From assembly GCA_965224235.1 (NCBI GenBank), contig CBDCYP010000001.1, forward strand, positions 768,848 to 832,847: 64,000 nucleotides of DNA. The letters are read 5' to 3'. The position numbers and the translations under genes are program-made. The stretch is from Dehalococcoidia bacterium. GTDB taxonomy: Bacteria; Chloroflexota; Dehalococcoidia; Lucifugimonadales; Lucifugimonadaceae. The notes beneath the pieces are model-generated. The model saw only the letters and a program-made list of their open reading frames with translations, was not told the DNA's origin and did not search any database. Below, in pieces: positions 44,810 through 56,086 of the stretch (positions are counted from its first letter, which is position 1; every line of letters starts with the position of its first letter).

Positions 44810-46597
44810 ATGTACAAAAACAGGGATTGCGGCGCGCCCCGCAGGGAAGACGAAGGCGGCGAAATACAGGTCGCCGGGTGGGTGCACCGAAGGCGGGACC
44901 ACGGCTCGTTGATATTCATCGACCTTCGGGACCGCTCCGGCGTCCTCCAGGTGGTCTTCAACCCAGAGGTTTCGCCCGAAGCCCACGAGCTCGCCGGTGA
45001 TCTGCGCTCAGAGTGGGTCGTACAAGCCACCGGAATCGTCAAGCGCCGGTTGCCAGGCGCCGAAAACCCGAATATCCCGACCGGCGATGTCGAGTTGGCG
45101 GCCTCTGAACTGCGGGTGCTTGGCCCGGCAAAGACACCGCCTTTTGAAGTCGACGACAACGCTAACGTGGACGAACTTCTTCGTCTGACCTACCGGTACA
45201 TTGACCTGCGACGGCCCAGGATGCAGGAAATGCTGCGGCTGCGCCACGAAACCACTCGCATCATCTGGGAACACCTTGGGGGAAAAGGGTTCGTCCACGT
45301 CGAAACGCCGATACTCATCAAGAGCACACCGGAGGGAGCCCGGGACTACGTGGTGCCAAGCCGGGTACATCCCGGCCAGTTCTACGCCCTCCCGCAGTCG
45401 CCGCAGCAGCTAAAACAACTCCTCATGGTGTCCGGGGTCGAGCGCTACTTCCAGATTGCCCGATGTTTCCGTGACGAGGACCTGCGAGCGGACAGGCAGC
45501 CTGAACACACGCAACTCGACTTCGAAATGAGCTTCGTTCACCAGGAAGACGTACTTGGTCTTGTCGACGGCCTGTATCGCCGCATTACGACCGAGATGCG
45601 GCCCGGCGCACGCGTCGAGGCTCCGTTCCCGCGTATCCCACACCGGGAGGCCATCGACCGGTTCGGTACTGACAAGCCGGACATTCGTTTTGGTCTGGAA
45701 TTGGCCACGCTGACGGACGCGGTAGCCCACAGCGGGTTACGGCTTTTCGAATCGGTGGCGGCATCCGGTGGCGCCGTTCGCGGTTTCGCTGTGCCGGGGT
45801 GTGCCGGGTACACCCGCAGACAGACGGATGAACTGATCGGCAATGCCCGGAGCAGCGGAGCGCAAGGCCTGATAACGGTCGCGCTGGCTGACAGCGCCAA
45901 TCCTGGGAATCTGACCCTGGATGACGTCCGTTCGCCAGTAAAGTCACATGTTTCACTTGACGTGATGTCGGAGATTGCCCGCCTGACCGGCGCCGGCGCC
46001 GGAGATCTGATTCTGATCGTGGCAGGCGCGGCAAAAACGGTGAATGCGGCCCTGAGCAACCTGAGGAACGAAATGGGCCGGCGTCTGCGTTTAACTGATC
46101 CGGACGAATTCAGATACTTGTTTATTACCGACTTTCCCCTGTTCGAATTCGACGATGAACTTCAGAGTTGGGCGCCTGAACATCACGTATTCTCCGCCCC
46201 ACAGCCTGGTCACGAAGACTATCTCGAGACAGACCCCGGAAGAGTCCACGGCCAGCTTTTCGACCTCGTCTGCAACGGCTCGGAATTGGGCAGCGGGAGC
46301 ATTCGAATACATGACCGGAGCGTTCAGGAACGCGTATTCAACGTCATCGGGTACAGCAAGGAAGAGGTCGATGTGCGCTTCGGCCATTTGCTCAAGGCGT
46401 TCGAGTACGGCGCGCCCCCGCACGGCGGCATGGGCCTTGGCCTGGACAGGCTGATCGCAGTCCTCGCAGGCGAAGATTCGATCAGGGAGGTGATCGCCTT
46501 CCCAAAGACCCAGACTGCGGTCGATCCACTCTTCGACGCGCCCGGTCCCGTATCCGAGGAACAACTCGCCGAACTCCACATTCGGCCCGCCCTTTAA
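44810..46597 (+). CDS. aspS: aspartyl-tRNA synthetase
   Basis: 595 aa with GWVHRRRDHGSLIFIDLRDRSG, QSPQQLKQLLM, FRDEDLRADRQPE and the GGMGLGLDRL class II motifs. Confidence 0.95.
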   Translation: MYKNRDCGAPRREDEGGEIQVAGWVHRRRDHGSLIFIDLRDRSGVLQVVFNPEVSPEAHELAGDLRSEWVVQATGIVKRRLPGAENPNIPTGDVELAASELRVLGPAKTPPFEVDDNANVDELLRLTYRYIDLRRPRMQEMLRLRHETTRIIWEHLGGKGFVHVETPILIKSTPEGARDYVVPSRVHPGQFYALPQSPQQLKQLLMVSGVERYFQIARCFRDEDLRADRQPEHTQLDFEMSFVHQEDVLGLVDGLYRRITTEMRPGARVEAPFPRIPHREAIDRFGTDKPDIRFGLELATLTDAVAHSGLRLFESVAASGGAVRGFAVPGCAGYTRRQTDELIGNARSSGAQGLITVALADSANPGNLTLDDVRSPVKSHVSLDVMSEIARLTGAGAGDLILIVAGAAKTVNAALSNLRNEMGRRLRLTDPDEFRYLFITDFPLFEFDDELQSWAPEHHVFSAPQPGHEDYLETDPGRVHGQLFDLVCNGSELGSGSIRIHDRSVQERVFNVIGYSKEEVDVRFGHLLKAFEYGAPPHGGMGLGLDRLIAVLAGEDSIREVIAFPKTQTAVDPLFDAPGPVSEEQLAELHIRPAL

Positions 46598-46733
46598 GGG
46601 CCGTTGGCCGAGCCTCGCGCAGCCACCGATTAGAATTGACGCGTCCCTTTCCGGGACTGCGCGATACAATATGAAGGTTGTCGCAGCATAGTCCCGCCGC
46701 AATTTCTGGCAATCCGATCCGTAGGAGCAGTTA

Positions 46734-48086
46734 TTGAAAATCACTCGTGAGGAAACGCCAGACCGGCAGGCCATCCTTCACATCGAGGTCGACAAGGACC
46801 GGCTGGACGACTACATGAACCGCGCTTTTCAGCGGCTGGTCCAACGAACTAACATCCCCGGTTTTCGTCGCGGAAAAGCCCCGCGGGCAATCGTCGAACG
46901 ATTCGTCGGCCGCGATTACATGCTGGACGAGGCCCTTGAGGGGCTCGTCCCCGCTGTGGTCAGCGATGCGGTCAGAGAACAGAACATCGAACCGGCCGCC
47001 ACGCCCCGAATATCGATTGTCGAGCGCGAACCCAGCGTAAAGCTGGACGCTACTATCGCCCTTCGCCCTGAAGTAAAACTGGGCGATTACACCTCAATCA
47101 CGTTCGATGACAAACCTGAGCCGGTCCCCGATAGCCAGGTGGATCGCCATATTGAGCGCATTCGGGATATGCAGACGACTTATGATCCGGTCGAACGTGC
47201 CGTCGAGGTCGGAGACATGGCTACGGTCACGGTCGAGGGCAACGTGGACGGTCTGCCGCTGGTCAGTTTAGAGAATACGCGTATCCCGGTTAACCCCGAG
47301 AATGATCGAATATTGCCAAGGTTCTCGGAAGCCTTGGTCGGCCTGAATCCGGGAGAGTCCAGGCATTTCGAATTGCCGGTTCCAGAAGACTATCGGGAAT
47401 CGGAATTCGCTGGCAAGACCGCCGTATTTGCGGTCGACCTGTCGAGGTTAGAGGAGCCGAACCGGCCCCCGCTTGACGATGAACTTGCGAAGCGTTTCGA
47501 TGGGGACATCGAAACGCTGGATGACTTTCGCGCTCACATCAGGGATGGTTTTCAAAAGAACGCTGAGGATGAACTCAGGCAATCGCTTGAAGATAAAGTG
47601 GCCGACGCTCTTGTGGAAGGCGCAGACATCAAGATGGCCCCGCTGCTGGTCGAGCACGAGACGGAGCACATGCTAAGTGAACAGCAGGAAATGCTGGCCA
47701 GACACAATCTCAACCTCCAAAACTACATCCACAGCCTTGGACAGACCAGCGACGACTATATTTCAAACGCACGATCGACCGCCGAAACACGGCTGAAACG
47801 CTCGTTGGTATTCGAAGAACTTGCAATTGCCGAAAACATCGAAGTTACGGACGGGGAAGTTTCGGAAGAGATCGAACGTATCCGCCAAAATGGGCAGGAA
47901 ACCGCCGATCTGGATTCTGACGAAACGAGGGGCGCCGTAAGGCGGATGCTCAGGCGCAGAGCTGCGATTGACAGGGCCGTGGAACTTGCCCTCGAGGAAA
48001 AGAGCCAGCTGTGGACACCCTCAAGCCCCGGTGCGCGAGCCGGTCACCCACCCGACGCCGCCGGTGACACGGTGGTCGCAACTTAG
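46734..48086 (+). CDS. tig: trigger factor
   Basis: N-terminal ribosome-binding motif GFRRGKAP. Sits upstream of clpP-clpX. TTG start with a TAGGAG Shine-Dalgarno. Confidence 0.9.
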   Translation: MKITREETPDRQAILHIEVDKDRLDDYMNRAFQRLVQRTNIPGFRRGKAPRAIVERFVGRDYMLDEALEGLVPAVVSDAVREQNIEPAATPRISIVEREPSVKLDATIALRPEVKLGDYTSITFDDKPEPVPDSQVDRHIERIRDMQTTYDPVERAVEVGDMATVTVEGNVDGLPLVSLENTRIPVNPENDRILPRFSEALVGLNPGESRHFELPVPEDYRESEFAGKTAVFAVDLSRLEEPNRPPLDDELAKRFDGDIETLDDFRAHIRDGFQKNAEDELRQSLEDKVADALVEGADIKMAPLLVEHETEHMLSEQQEMLARHNLNLQNYIHSLGQTSDDYISNARSTAETRLKRSLVFEELAIAENIEVTDGEVSEEIERIRQNGQETADLDSDETRGAVRRMLRRRAAIDRAVELALEEKSQLWTPSSPGARAGHPPDAAGDTVVAT

Positions 48087-48146
48087 CCAATTTGCCCGAC
48101 TGTTCCGGATCCAACCGGGACGGTGAGCAAGGAAAAGGAACAACAC

Positions 48147-48776
48147 ATGGCGATGCAGCCGGAAAACATAATCCCCATGGTGATCGAACAGGGCGCCAGG
48201 GGCGAGCGCGCGTTCGATATTTACTCGCTGCTCCTAAAGGAGCGAATTATCTTCCTCGGCACGCCGATAACTGACCAGGTGGCCAATCTCATTGTGGCTC
48301 AGCTTCTGTACCTCGCCAGAGAAGACCCCGAAAAAGACATCAGCCTCTACCTGAACTCGCCCGGCGGCGTGGTCACATCAGGATTCGCGATAATGGACAC
48401 GATGGAGCACATCCCGTGCGACGTGTCGACCATCTGCGTCGGACAGTGCGCCAGCATGGGAACCGTTCTCCTCATGTCCGGGGAGAAAGGCAAGCGATTC
48501 GCCCTCCCAAACTCCACAATACACATGCATCAGCCGCTAGGCGGCGTGCAGGGCCAGGCATCTGATATGGAGATTGCGGCAAGGGAGATACTGAGGCTGC
48601 AAGACAAGCTGAGACAACTGATCGCAGACAAGACCGGACAGCCCTACGAACGCGTTGCAAGGGATACCGACAGGGACTACTACCTGACGGCCGAGCAAGC
48701 CGTGGAATACGGCCTGATCGACGAGGTATTGCGCGCCAATCCGGAATCGGCGAATGGCTCTTCCCAATCCAGTTAA
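48147..48776 (+). CDS. clpP: ATP-dependent Clp protease proteolytic subunit
   Basis: [19 protein letters not shown] and GQCASMG (active-site Ser). ATG 48147, with an AAGGAA Shine-Dalgarno, is preferred over GTG 48123. Confidence 0.9.
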   Translation: MAMQPENIIPMVIEQGARGERAFDIYSLLLKERIIFLGTPITDQVANLIVAQLLYLAREDPEKDISLYLNSPGGVVTSGFAIMDTMEHIPCDVSTICVGQCASMGTVLLMSGEKGKRFALPNSTIHMHQPLGGVQGQASDMEIAAREILRLQDKLRQLIADKTGQPYERVARDTDRDYYLTAEQAVEYGLIDEVLRANPESANGSSQSS

Positions 48777-48830
48777 ACCGCCGGTCTGCGCGTTAGTGCC
48801 GCAGCGGCCTATTCCGATATCGGATAAGAC

Positions 48831-50129
<1,299 letters not shown>

Positions 50130-50185
50130 TTCACGGCAGGGGCTAAATGGAACCAGGTTAAACAGAGAGCCCCACCGATTCGTCT

Positions 50186-51004
50186 TTAAGCCCCGTCGAC
50201 CAGCCCCACAGCGCGCTCTACCGATTCCGTAAGATCGGCCGGATCGCGCCCTCCGCCCGAAGCCACTTCCGGATCTAACAGGCCATCCGCCACCGCGCAC
50301 AACGTCTCCACGAGTAGCGCCCGTTCCCTGAGAAGCCCCACCTGCCGCACGGCGCGGAATAACGGTAGATCCTCACCCTGTTCCCTCCTGACATCGCTCA
50401 ATTCAAGGCCCACTATCGCCGCCCAAAGGGAATCGAATTGCGGACCCCTGATGGGGTAGGAGCAATACGACAGCACGGGTCCCCCGTCCACTTCCTCCGT
50501 CACCACGTGGACCATCGCGCCGGTGCGGTCCGCCCGCTGTCCAATCAGGTCCCAAATCACGTTCTGCCACATACCTGTGGGGCCGTTCGGTAGAGCCGGG
50601 TGAACGTTGATCATCCTGAATGCACGGCACAGCGCCGGAGCGATCAACATGTATCCGGCGTTGACCGAAAGGTCGGGGTTGTGATCCGGCAGAAGGTCGG
50701 CGGCGGCCAGGTCGAAGGACTCCCTCAACACGGACCAGGGGCGATTTTTGTGCTCCTTGCGAAAGCGGCGGGACGATAGAGCGACCAGGGGAATATTTTG
50801 AGATTCCACAAAGTCCATGAAGCGATCGGAGCCTGCCGCCTGACCTCGTTCCCTGTTGCAGAACACGAAATCTATCGACGCGAGGAGCCGGCCGTCTTGA
50901 ATCGCATTGAGCGTAGCTGTGAGCAGTCCAAGCGAACCTTGACCACGGCCTGTCGAAAACCATCCCAGATTGAGCGGCGCGCGCGGTAGTCTAGTCAACG
51001 CCAT
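50186..51004 (-). CDS. formyltransferase-family protein (PurN/Fmt N-terminal-domain-like) with a C-terminal extension
   Basis: The INVHPALP motif and an Asp-containing region (VVTEEVDGGPV), as in folate-dependent formyltransferases. At 272 aa it is longer than PurN. Confidence 0.5.
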   Translation of the reverse strand: MALTRLPRAPLNLGWFSTGRGQGSLGLLTATLNAIQDGRLLASIDFVFCNRERGQAAGSDRFMDFVESQNIPLVALSSRRFRKEHKNRPWSVLRESFDLAAADLLPDHNPDLSVNAGYMLIAPALCRAFRMINVHPALPNGPTGMWQNVIWDLIGQRADRTGAMVHVVTEEVDGGPVLSYCSYPIRGPQFDSLWAAIVGLELSDVRREQGEDLPLFRAVRQVGLLRERALLVETLCAVADGLLDPEVASGGGRDPADLTESVERAVGLVDGA

Positions 51005-51073
51005 TCTCGCCGATTCTTCCCGACGCGATCATTCAGAGTCGTTTATTGCACTCTCGCGCCAAGGAATGCCTCG

Positions 51074-51367
51074 TCACGATCCCGACGGCGCATCTTCGGC
51101 GTACATGTCATTCTCGTCCGGAACAAGGGCCATCTGATCCGAAAACCTTGACTGAAGGTGTGTGATCTTCAACTCGGCGGAAGTCAGCAGTTCGTTGCAA
51201 CGGGAAGCCAGGCGCATACCTGACTCGAACAGTTTGGTCGCCTCATCCAGTGTCAGATTGCCCTCTTCCAGCCTGCGAACCGCGCTTTCCAGCTCCCGCA
51301 GCGACGTTTCAAAGGTTCTCGAACGACTCTTGGAGCCACCATCTCCACCTCGTGTGATTTTCGTCAT
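51074..51367 (-). CDS. xseB: exodeoxyribonuclease VII small subunit
   Basis: FETSLRELESAVRRLEEGNLTLDEATKLFESGMRLASRC. ATG 51367 (AGGAGA Shine-Dalgarno) is preferred over GTG 51412. Confidence 0.85.
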   Translation of the reverse strand: MTKITRGGDGGSKSRSRTFETSLRELESAVRRLEEGNLTLDEATKLFESGMRLASRCNELLTSAELKITHLQSRFSDQMALVPDENDMYAEDAPSGS

Positions 51368-51444
51368 ATCCGGGTTTCTATCTCCTGAAGCGACATTGTA
51401 ATTCCAGACCACATCGCGCCGCTGTACGCTGTCATTTCAGCACT

Positions 51445-52746
51445 TTACGAATTTCGTCTGATAAACTTCGCCTCGGCGTCCACCTCGCCGTCCCTGAAAG
51501 TAATCGACATCAGATCTCCGGCATCGATGCCCTCGACGCCGGTCAGGACCGAGCCGTTCGCTGATCGGACCATGGCGTAGCCGCGCCCCAGGATCTTCGC
51601 GGGGCCGAGGGCGGCGAGTTGGACGTCCAGCGTGTGAAGGTATGCCCTCTTTGCCTCCAGAACTCTTCGGACGGCCAATCCGGCGGACCTCAACATTACG
51701 TCAATTTGTTGCCTCGGCGTCTTGGTATCTGGGACACGCATCCCCAGCCGATCGATATCCTGGTCAAGGGCCGTCCGCGCATCACCCAACATCCGCACCA
51801 TCCTCGACTCCATCGAATAGGCTGCGCCGGCGAGCCGCACAGCGAGATCCATCACGTCGGGGGTGGCCAATTCCGCCGCGGCTGACGGCGTGGGCGCTCG
51901 CACGTCGGCCACGAAATCGGCGATCGTCACATCGGTTTCGTGACCCACCGCGCTGACCACCGGGATGCGGCTGGCGAAGATTACCCGAGCCACTTGCTCC
52001 TCATTAAATGGCCACAGATCCTCAAGCGAGCCGCCGCCCCTGGCCAATATAACGAGATCTATGTCCGATTCGGAGTCCAGAGTTTCGAACGCCCCGACCA
52101 ACTCGGGAGCGGCGCGCTCCCCCTGAACTGCCGAAGGGATAACGACCACTTCGACAAGAGGGTAACGACGGGAGAGAACGTTGAGAATGTCCTGGATGAC
52201 AGCGCCGGTTGGCGACGTGATAACTGCGATCCGCCCGGGGAACTCTGGCAGCGGCCGTTTCCGGCCGGGGTCAAACAGCCCCTCGGCGCCAAGCCGGGCC
52301 TTGAGCTCCTCGAATGCCTGCTGCAATGCTCCCTGCCCAGCCGGACGGACAGACTCGGCGTAAAGCTGCATGTCGCCTCGCGCTACGTACATCGAGATTC
52401 GCCCGCGAATCACCGCCTGCGCGCCGTCTTGAAGGTGCCGGCCGCCGCGGCCGGAGCGAAACATCACGCAGTTCAGCGACGCCCGCTCGTCCCGGAGCGA
52501 GAAGTAGTGGTGGCCTGAGCCGGGGTTCCGATGGTTCGCTACTTCGCCAATGACCGTCAGGTCTGCAAACACCGGGTTTGATTCCAGGTAATCCTTGAGG
52601 TGTCCGGAAACCTCGGACACCGTGTAAACGGACTCACCCCATTCGTTGGCGCGGGTTGAGAGGTCTGTAGGCGCCATGGCTGACTCGGTAGTACGCGCTA
52701 AGGTCGCTTCGGGATCAGATGGGCTGGCAGACCGGTGGCCCTCCAA
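51445..52746 (-). CDS. xseA: exodeoxyribonuclease VII large subunit
   Basis: YTVSEVSGHLKDYLE...VIGEVAN OB fold, VITSPTGA and ARGGGS. The TTG start is uncertain, with an alternative ATG at 52677. Confidence 0.9.
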   Translation of the reverse strand: MEGHRSASPSDPEATLARTTESAMAPTDLSTRANEWGESVYTVSEVSGHLKDYLESNPVFADLTVIGEVANHRNPGSGHHYFSLRDERASLNCVMFRSGRGGRHLQDGAQAVIRGRISMYVARGDMQLYAESVRPAGQGALQQAFEELKARLGAEGLFDPGRKRPLPEFPGRIAVITSPTGAVIQDILNVLSRRYPLVEVVVIPSAVQGERAAPELVGAFETLDSESDIDLVILARGGGSLEDLWPFNEEQVARVIFASRIPVVSAVGHETDVTIADFVADVRAPTPSAAAELATPDVMDLAVRLAGAAYSMESRMVRMLGDARTALDQDIDRLGMRVPDTKTPRQQIDVMLRSAGLAVRRVLEAKRAYLHTLDVQLAALGPAKILGRGYAMVRSANGSVLTGVEGIDAGDLMSITFRDGEVDAEAKFIRRNS

Positions 52747-52816
52747 GTTGTACGAAGAAGGCTATGGGTCTGAGGATCCGTACTGAACGCCAGCGCGGGG
52801 TGAACTGCCTACTACC

Positions 52817-53380
52817 TTAACCGACGCGCTCAAGATAACCGCCATTCCGTATATCGACTTTGACGGAATCGCCGGCGTTGATGAACAGCGGCACCTGCAG
52901 CGTCAGGCCGGTCGATGTAGTGGCGGGCTTGGTCGCTCCGCTCTGCGTATCGCCCTTTAATCCCGGATCGGTGCGCTCGATAGTGAGGTTCACCGCGGCC
53001 GGCAACTCCACCTGCACCGGGTTGTTCTCAAAAATCAGGACCTCGATCGAGTCCCCCTCCATGAGGTATTGAAGGTAGTCGCCGAGCAGTTCATCTGTAA
53101 CTGTGAACTGTTCGTATGTCTCGTTGTCCATGAAGTAAAACAGATCGCCGTCCCTATAAAGGTACTGGGACATCCGGCGTTCGGTCTGCGCAACGCTCAG
53201 TTTCTGGTTGCCTGGCACCTTGCGCTCATAAACGTTTCCGGTCCTGATCTGGCGCAGCCTCATCGTAAGGGTCGGCGGCGCCTTTGGCGCCTGCCGGTGT
53301 TGCCAGTCCAAAATGGAATACAACTCCCCGTCCAGAATGATGGTCATATTCCGTCTAATTTCGCTCGATGAAATCGTCAT
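52817..53380 (-). CDS. efp: elongation factor P
   Basis: ORF trimmed to ATG 53380 (GAGGAG Shine-Dalgarno). EF-P architecture and the C-terminus ATTSTGLTLQVPLFINAGDSVKVD. Confidence 0.9.
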   Translation of the reverse strand: MTISSSEIRRNMTIILDGELYSILDWQHRQAPKAPPTLTMRLRQIRTGNVYERKVPGNQKLSVAQTERRMSQYLYRDGDLFYFMDNETYEQFTVTDELLGDYLQYLMEGDSIEVLIFENNPVQVELPAAVNLTIERTDPGLKGDTQSGATKPATTSTGLTLQVPLFINAGDSVKVDIRNGGYLERVG

Positions 53381-53464
53381 CGGTAGGGTTGCTCCTCGTT
53401 GCTGGCCTTCGATCACATCGCCAGGCGGAGTGATCGATCATTTTCAAATTGGGGTTATTTGGGG

Positions 53465-54538
53465 TCAGGGCAACCGTTTTCGCGCCTTGCTCAGGACTCG
53501 GGCCTTTCCCTGTTCCAATACCACGACGTCTTCAATTCTCACACCGCCCCAGCCTTGCAGATAGATGCCCGGCTCGATGGTGAACACCATGCCATCTTTC
53601 AGTTCACCCTTGCTGTTTGGCCCCACTCGGGGGTTCTCGTGCACCTCCAGACCCACGCCGTGCCCCAGGCTATGGCCAAAGTCATCGCCGTGGCCGGCCT
53701 CCTGAATCACCTTGCGCGCAACCAGATCGGTGTCACTGCCGGTCATGCCGGCTTCGACCAGTTCTATGGCAGCGAGCTGGGCGCTCAGGACGATGTCGTA
53801 AATCCGTTTGGTCTTGTCATCGGCCCCGCCGAGCACAATTGTGCGGGTCAAGTCGCTACAGTAACCCTGATAGCGCGCGCCCATGTCGATCACGACGGTT
53901 TCGCCCTCGCGAATCGCCGTTTCGCTCGCCCGGTGGTGTGGACGAGCGGCGTTGGACCCGGCCGCGACGATTGTGTCGAACGAAATCGACTCGGCGCCGC
54001 GACTTTTGACCGCCCGTTCTATACGCTCCGCCACCTCGATCTCGCTCATGCCCGGTGCGATCTCGGCGGAAACCTCGTCAAACGCCTCGTCGCCAATCTG
54101 GATAGCCCTGGAGAGCAATTCGAGTTCGCGTTCGTCCTTGACCGCTCTCAGATCGAGGGTCAGGTCGGCGGTCGGTTCTAGACCTGTCTCTAAGTCCTTG
54201 TCCCCGAACGCATGCCTGAATCGCTCGAACTGCGACACCGTAATGTCATCCGCCTCGAATCCAAGCTTCTTCACGTCGAACTCGGCGCAAAGGCTCGGCA
54301 GCCAGTCCAACTGGTCGGAGATCCGGTCTACCCGATAGTCGGGGGCCTGCTGAGCCGCCTGCTCCGTGTATCGGAAATCGGTGGCAATAACGGCGCTGTT
54401 TCTCGTGATGAACAGATACCCGGCCGTTCCGACGAAACCCGAAAGATAGCGCCGGTTGTCGGAATCTGAGATGAGCAGCGCGTCGATGGGCCTTTCCTCG
54501 ATCGCCGCGCGCAGGTTATCTAGCCGTTGCTCGATCAT
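53465..54538 (-). CDS. pepP: Xaa-Pro aminopeptidase (M24B, PepP-like)
   Basis: N-terminal creatinase-like domain. M24 metal ligands lie in VIDMGARYQGYCSDLTRT, HGLGHGVG, FTIEPG and IRIEDVV. Confidence 0.85.
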   Translation of the reverse strand: MIEQRLDNLRAAIEERPIDALLISDSDNRRYLSGFVGTAGYLFITRNSAVIATDFRYTEQAAQQAPDYRVDRISDQLDWLPSLCAEFDVKKLGFEADDITVSQFERFRHAFGDKDLETGLEPTADLTLDLRAVKDERELELLSRAIQIGDEAFDEVSAEIAPGMSEIEVAERIERAVKSRGAESISFDTIVAAGSNAARPHHRASETAIREGETVVIDMGARYQGYCSDLTRTIVLGGADDKTKRIYDIVLSAQLAAIELVEAGMTGSDTDLVARKVIQEAGHGDDFGHSLGHGVGLEVHENPRVGPNSKGELKDGMVFTIEPGIYLQGWGGVRIEDVVVLEQGKARVLSKARKRLP

Positions 54539-54577
54539 ATCGTCACCGATCCCGGACCCTTGCGCCAATTCGTTCGC

Positions 54578-55015
54578 TCAGCCATTCGACTCGGCAACCA
54601 GGAATTCCAGGGCGTAGACATATCCCCGCCACCCGAGGCCGGCAATCTGGCCGACAGCATATGGCGCGATCACCGAGTGGCGCCGGAACTCCTCGCGGCC
54701 ATGGATATTGGAGATGTGCACCTCAACAACGGGCCGTGAGGCATCCAGCAATGCATCCAGAATTGAGTACCCGACCTGCGTCAACGCGCCGGCGTTGATG
54801 ATGAAACCCGATGATCCAGCCGAATTCTCTTGAATGAAATCGACCATTGCGCCTTCGTGATTCGACTGAAAAAACAGCACTTCGACGCCCAGCTCGCGGG
54901 AGCGATCCCCGACCCGGCGCTCTATATCCGCGAGAGTGGTCGAACCGTATTGGGATGGGTCCCGTCGCCCCAGATTGTTGAGATTCGGTCCGTTAATTAC
55001 GACGTATTTGGTCAA
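54578..55015 (-). CDS. aroQ: type II 3-dehydroquinate dehydratase
   Basis: VINGPNLNNLGRRDPSQYG, FFQSNHEG and VEVHISNIHGRE. Confidence 0.95.
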   Translation of the reverse strand: MTKYVVINGPNLNNLGRRDPSQYGSTTLADIERRVGDRSRELGVEVLFFQSNHEGAMVDFIQENSAGSSGFIINAGALTQVGYSILDALLDASRPVVEVHISNIHGREEFRRHSVIAPYAVGQIAGLGWRGYVYALEFLVAESNG

Positions 55016-55058
55016 TGTGTCTAGTCCGGTCTGCGCGCATCAATTTGCGGCTACTAGC

Positions 55059-55952
55059 CTACAACCTGTAGATACGCACCGCGTTATCGTGAAACAGATT
55101 GGAGCGTTCGTCAGGTGTAAAATCCCGGGTCGTCTCGTCAAACGCCCGCCAGATCTTGCTGAACGTCCCGAACAGCCTGTCGACTGGGTAGTTGCTGGCG
55201 AACATACACCTGTCGGTTCCGAACGCCTCGATAGTGTCGAGCACGAATGGCTTGATGCGGTCCGCGTCCCACTGGCGGTCCAGCATCCCAAGTCCGGAGA
55301 TCTTCGCCGACGCGTTCCCGTTCGCGGCGAGGGCCTTAAGGCCCTCGCGCCACTCGCTCATTCCGGCCGGGTCGCGGTTGATAGGCATGCCGGTGTGATT
55401 CAGGATCACCGGAATTTCCGGGTTGTCACCGGCCAGCCTTGCCGCGTCCCGAAGCTGCCAGGGCCAGACCTGGCAATCGAACGACAGACCGAACTTTGCC
55501 AGTTGGCGGTATCCGGAAAGCCATTTGGGGTCCCGCGTCAAGCCGTCTCTGGGGGCGAACCGCATCCGCGGCTCGTCGCCGTAGTTGAGCATGTACCTGA
55601 TTCCGCGCATTACGGAATATTCGCAGTGGCGGGCCAGGACCTCTTCGATGTCGCCGGCTTCAAAATCGGCGTACGCCACGGCGGCGCTCGGCAGACCCTC
55701 GGACGCAGGGTCATCGTGCACCGACTGCAACCACGCCGTCTCCCCTACCGGATCGGAATGGTCGTATTCAGCTTGCAGATGGACCGATTTCGAGAGTTCA
55801 AACTCCGACGCGTCGTGTTGAAGATCACCGATCAAGTAGGTGCGGCGGATGTCCGAATAGTCGCCGGCGAAGTGCTCTACCGGCTCCTGCAACCACGGAT
55901 AACGATTGTTCTCCAGGTCCCACAGATGGTGGTGTGCGTCAGCGATCTTCAT
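55059..55952 (-). CDS. amidohydrolase-2 (PF04909-like) metal-dependent hydrolase
   Basis: MKIADAHHHLWD N-terminal metal-binding motif. TIM-barrel-sized at 297 aa, with FASNYPVD near the C-terminus. Confidence 0.7.
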   Translation of the reverse strand: MKIADAHHHLWDLENNRYPWLQEPVEHFAGDYSDIRRTYLIGDLQHDASEFELSKSVHLQAEYDHSDPVGETAWLQSVHDDPASEGLPSAAVAYADFEAGDIEEVLARHCEYSVMRGIRYMLNYGDEPRMRFAPRDGLTRDPKWLSGYRQLAKFGLSFDCQVWPWQLRDAARLAGDNPEIPVILNHTGMPINRDPAGMSEWREGLKALAANGNASAKISGLGMLDRQWDADRIKPFVLDTIEAFGTDRCMFASNYPVDRLFGTFSKIWRAFDETTRDFTPDERSNLFHDNAVRIYRL

Positions 55953-56086
55953 CGTCCTGCCTCATTAAACCGACCCGCGTTATTGTGCCGACGCGGGCGC
56001 GGCGTTATGCAACATTTTTCCAGCCCGGGCGTTGCGAATTCAGTGTATCGGCAGAGGAACTCGGGCAATTCACCAATTGTCTCAGC

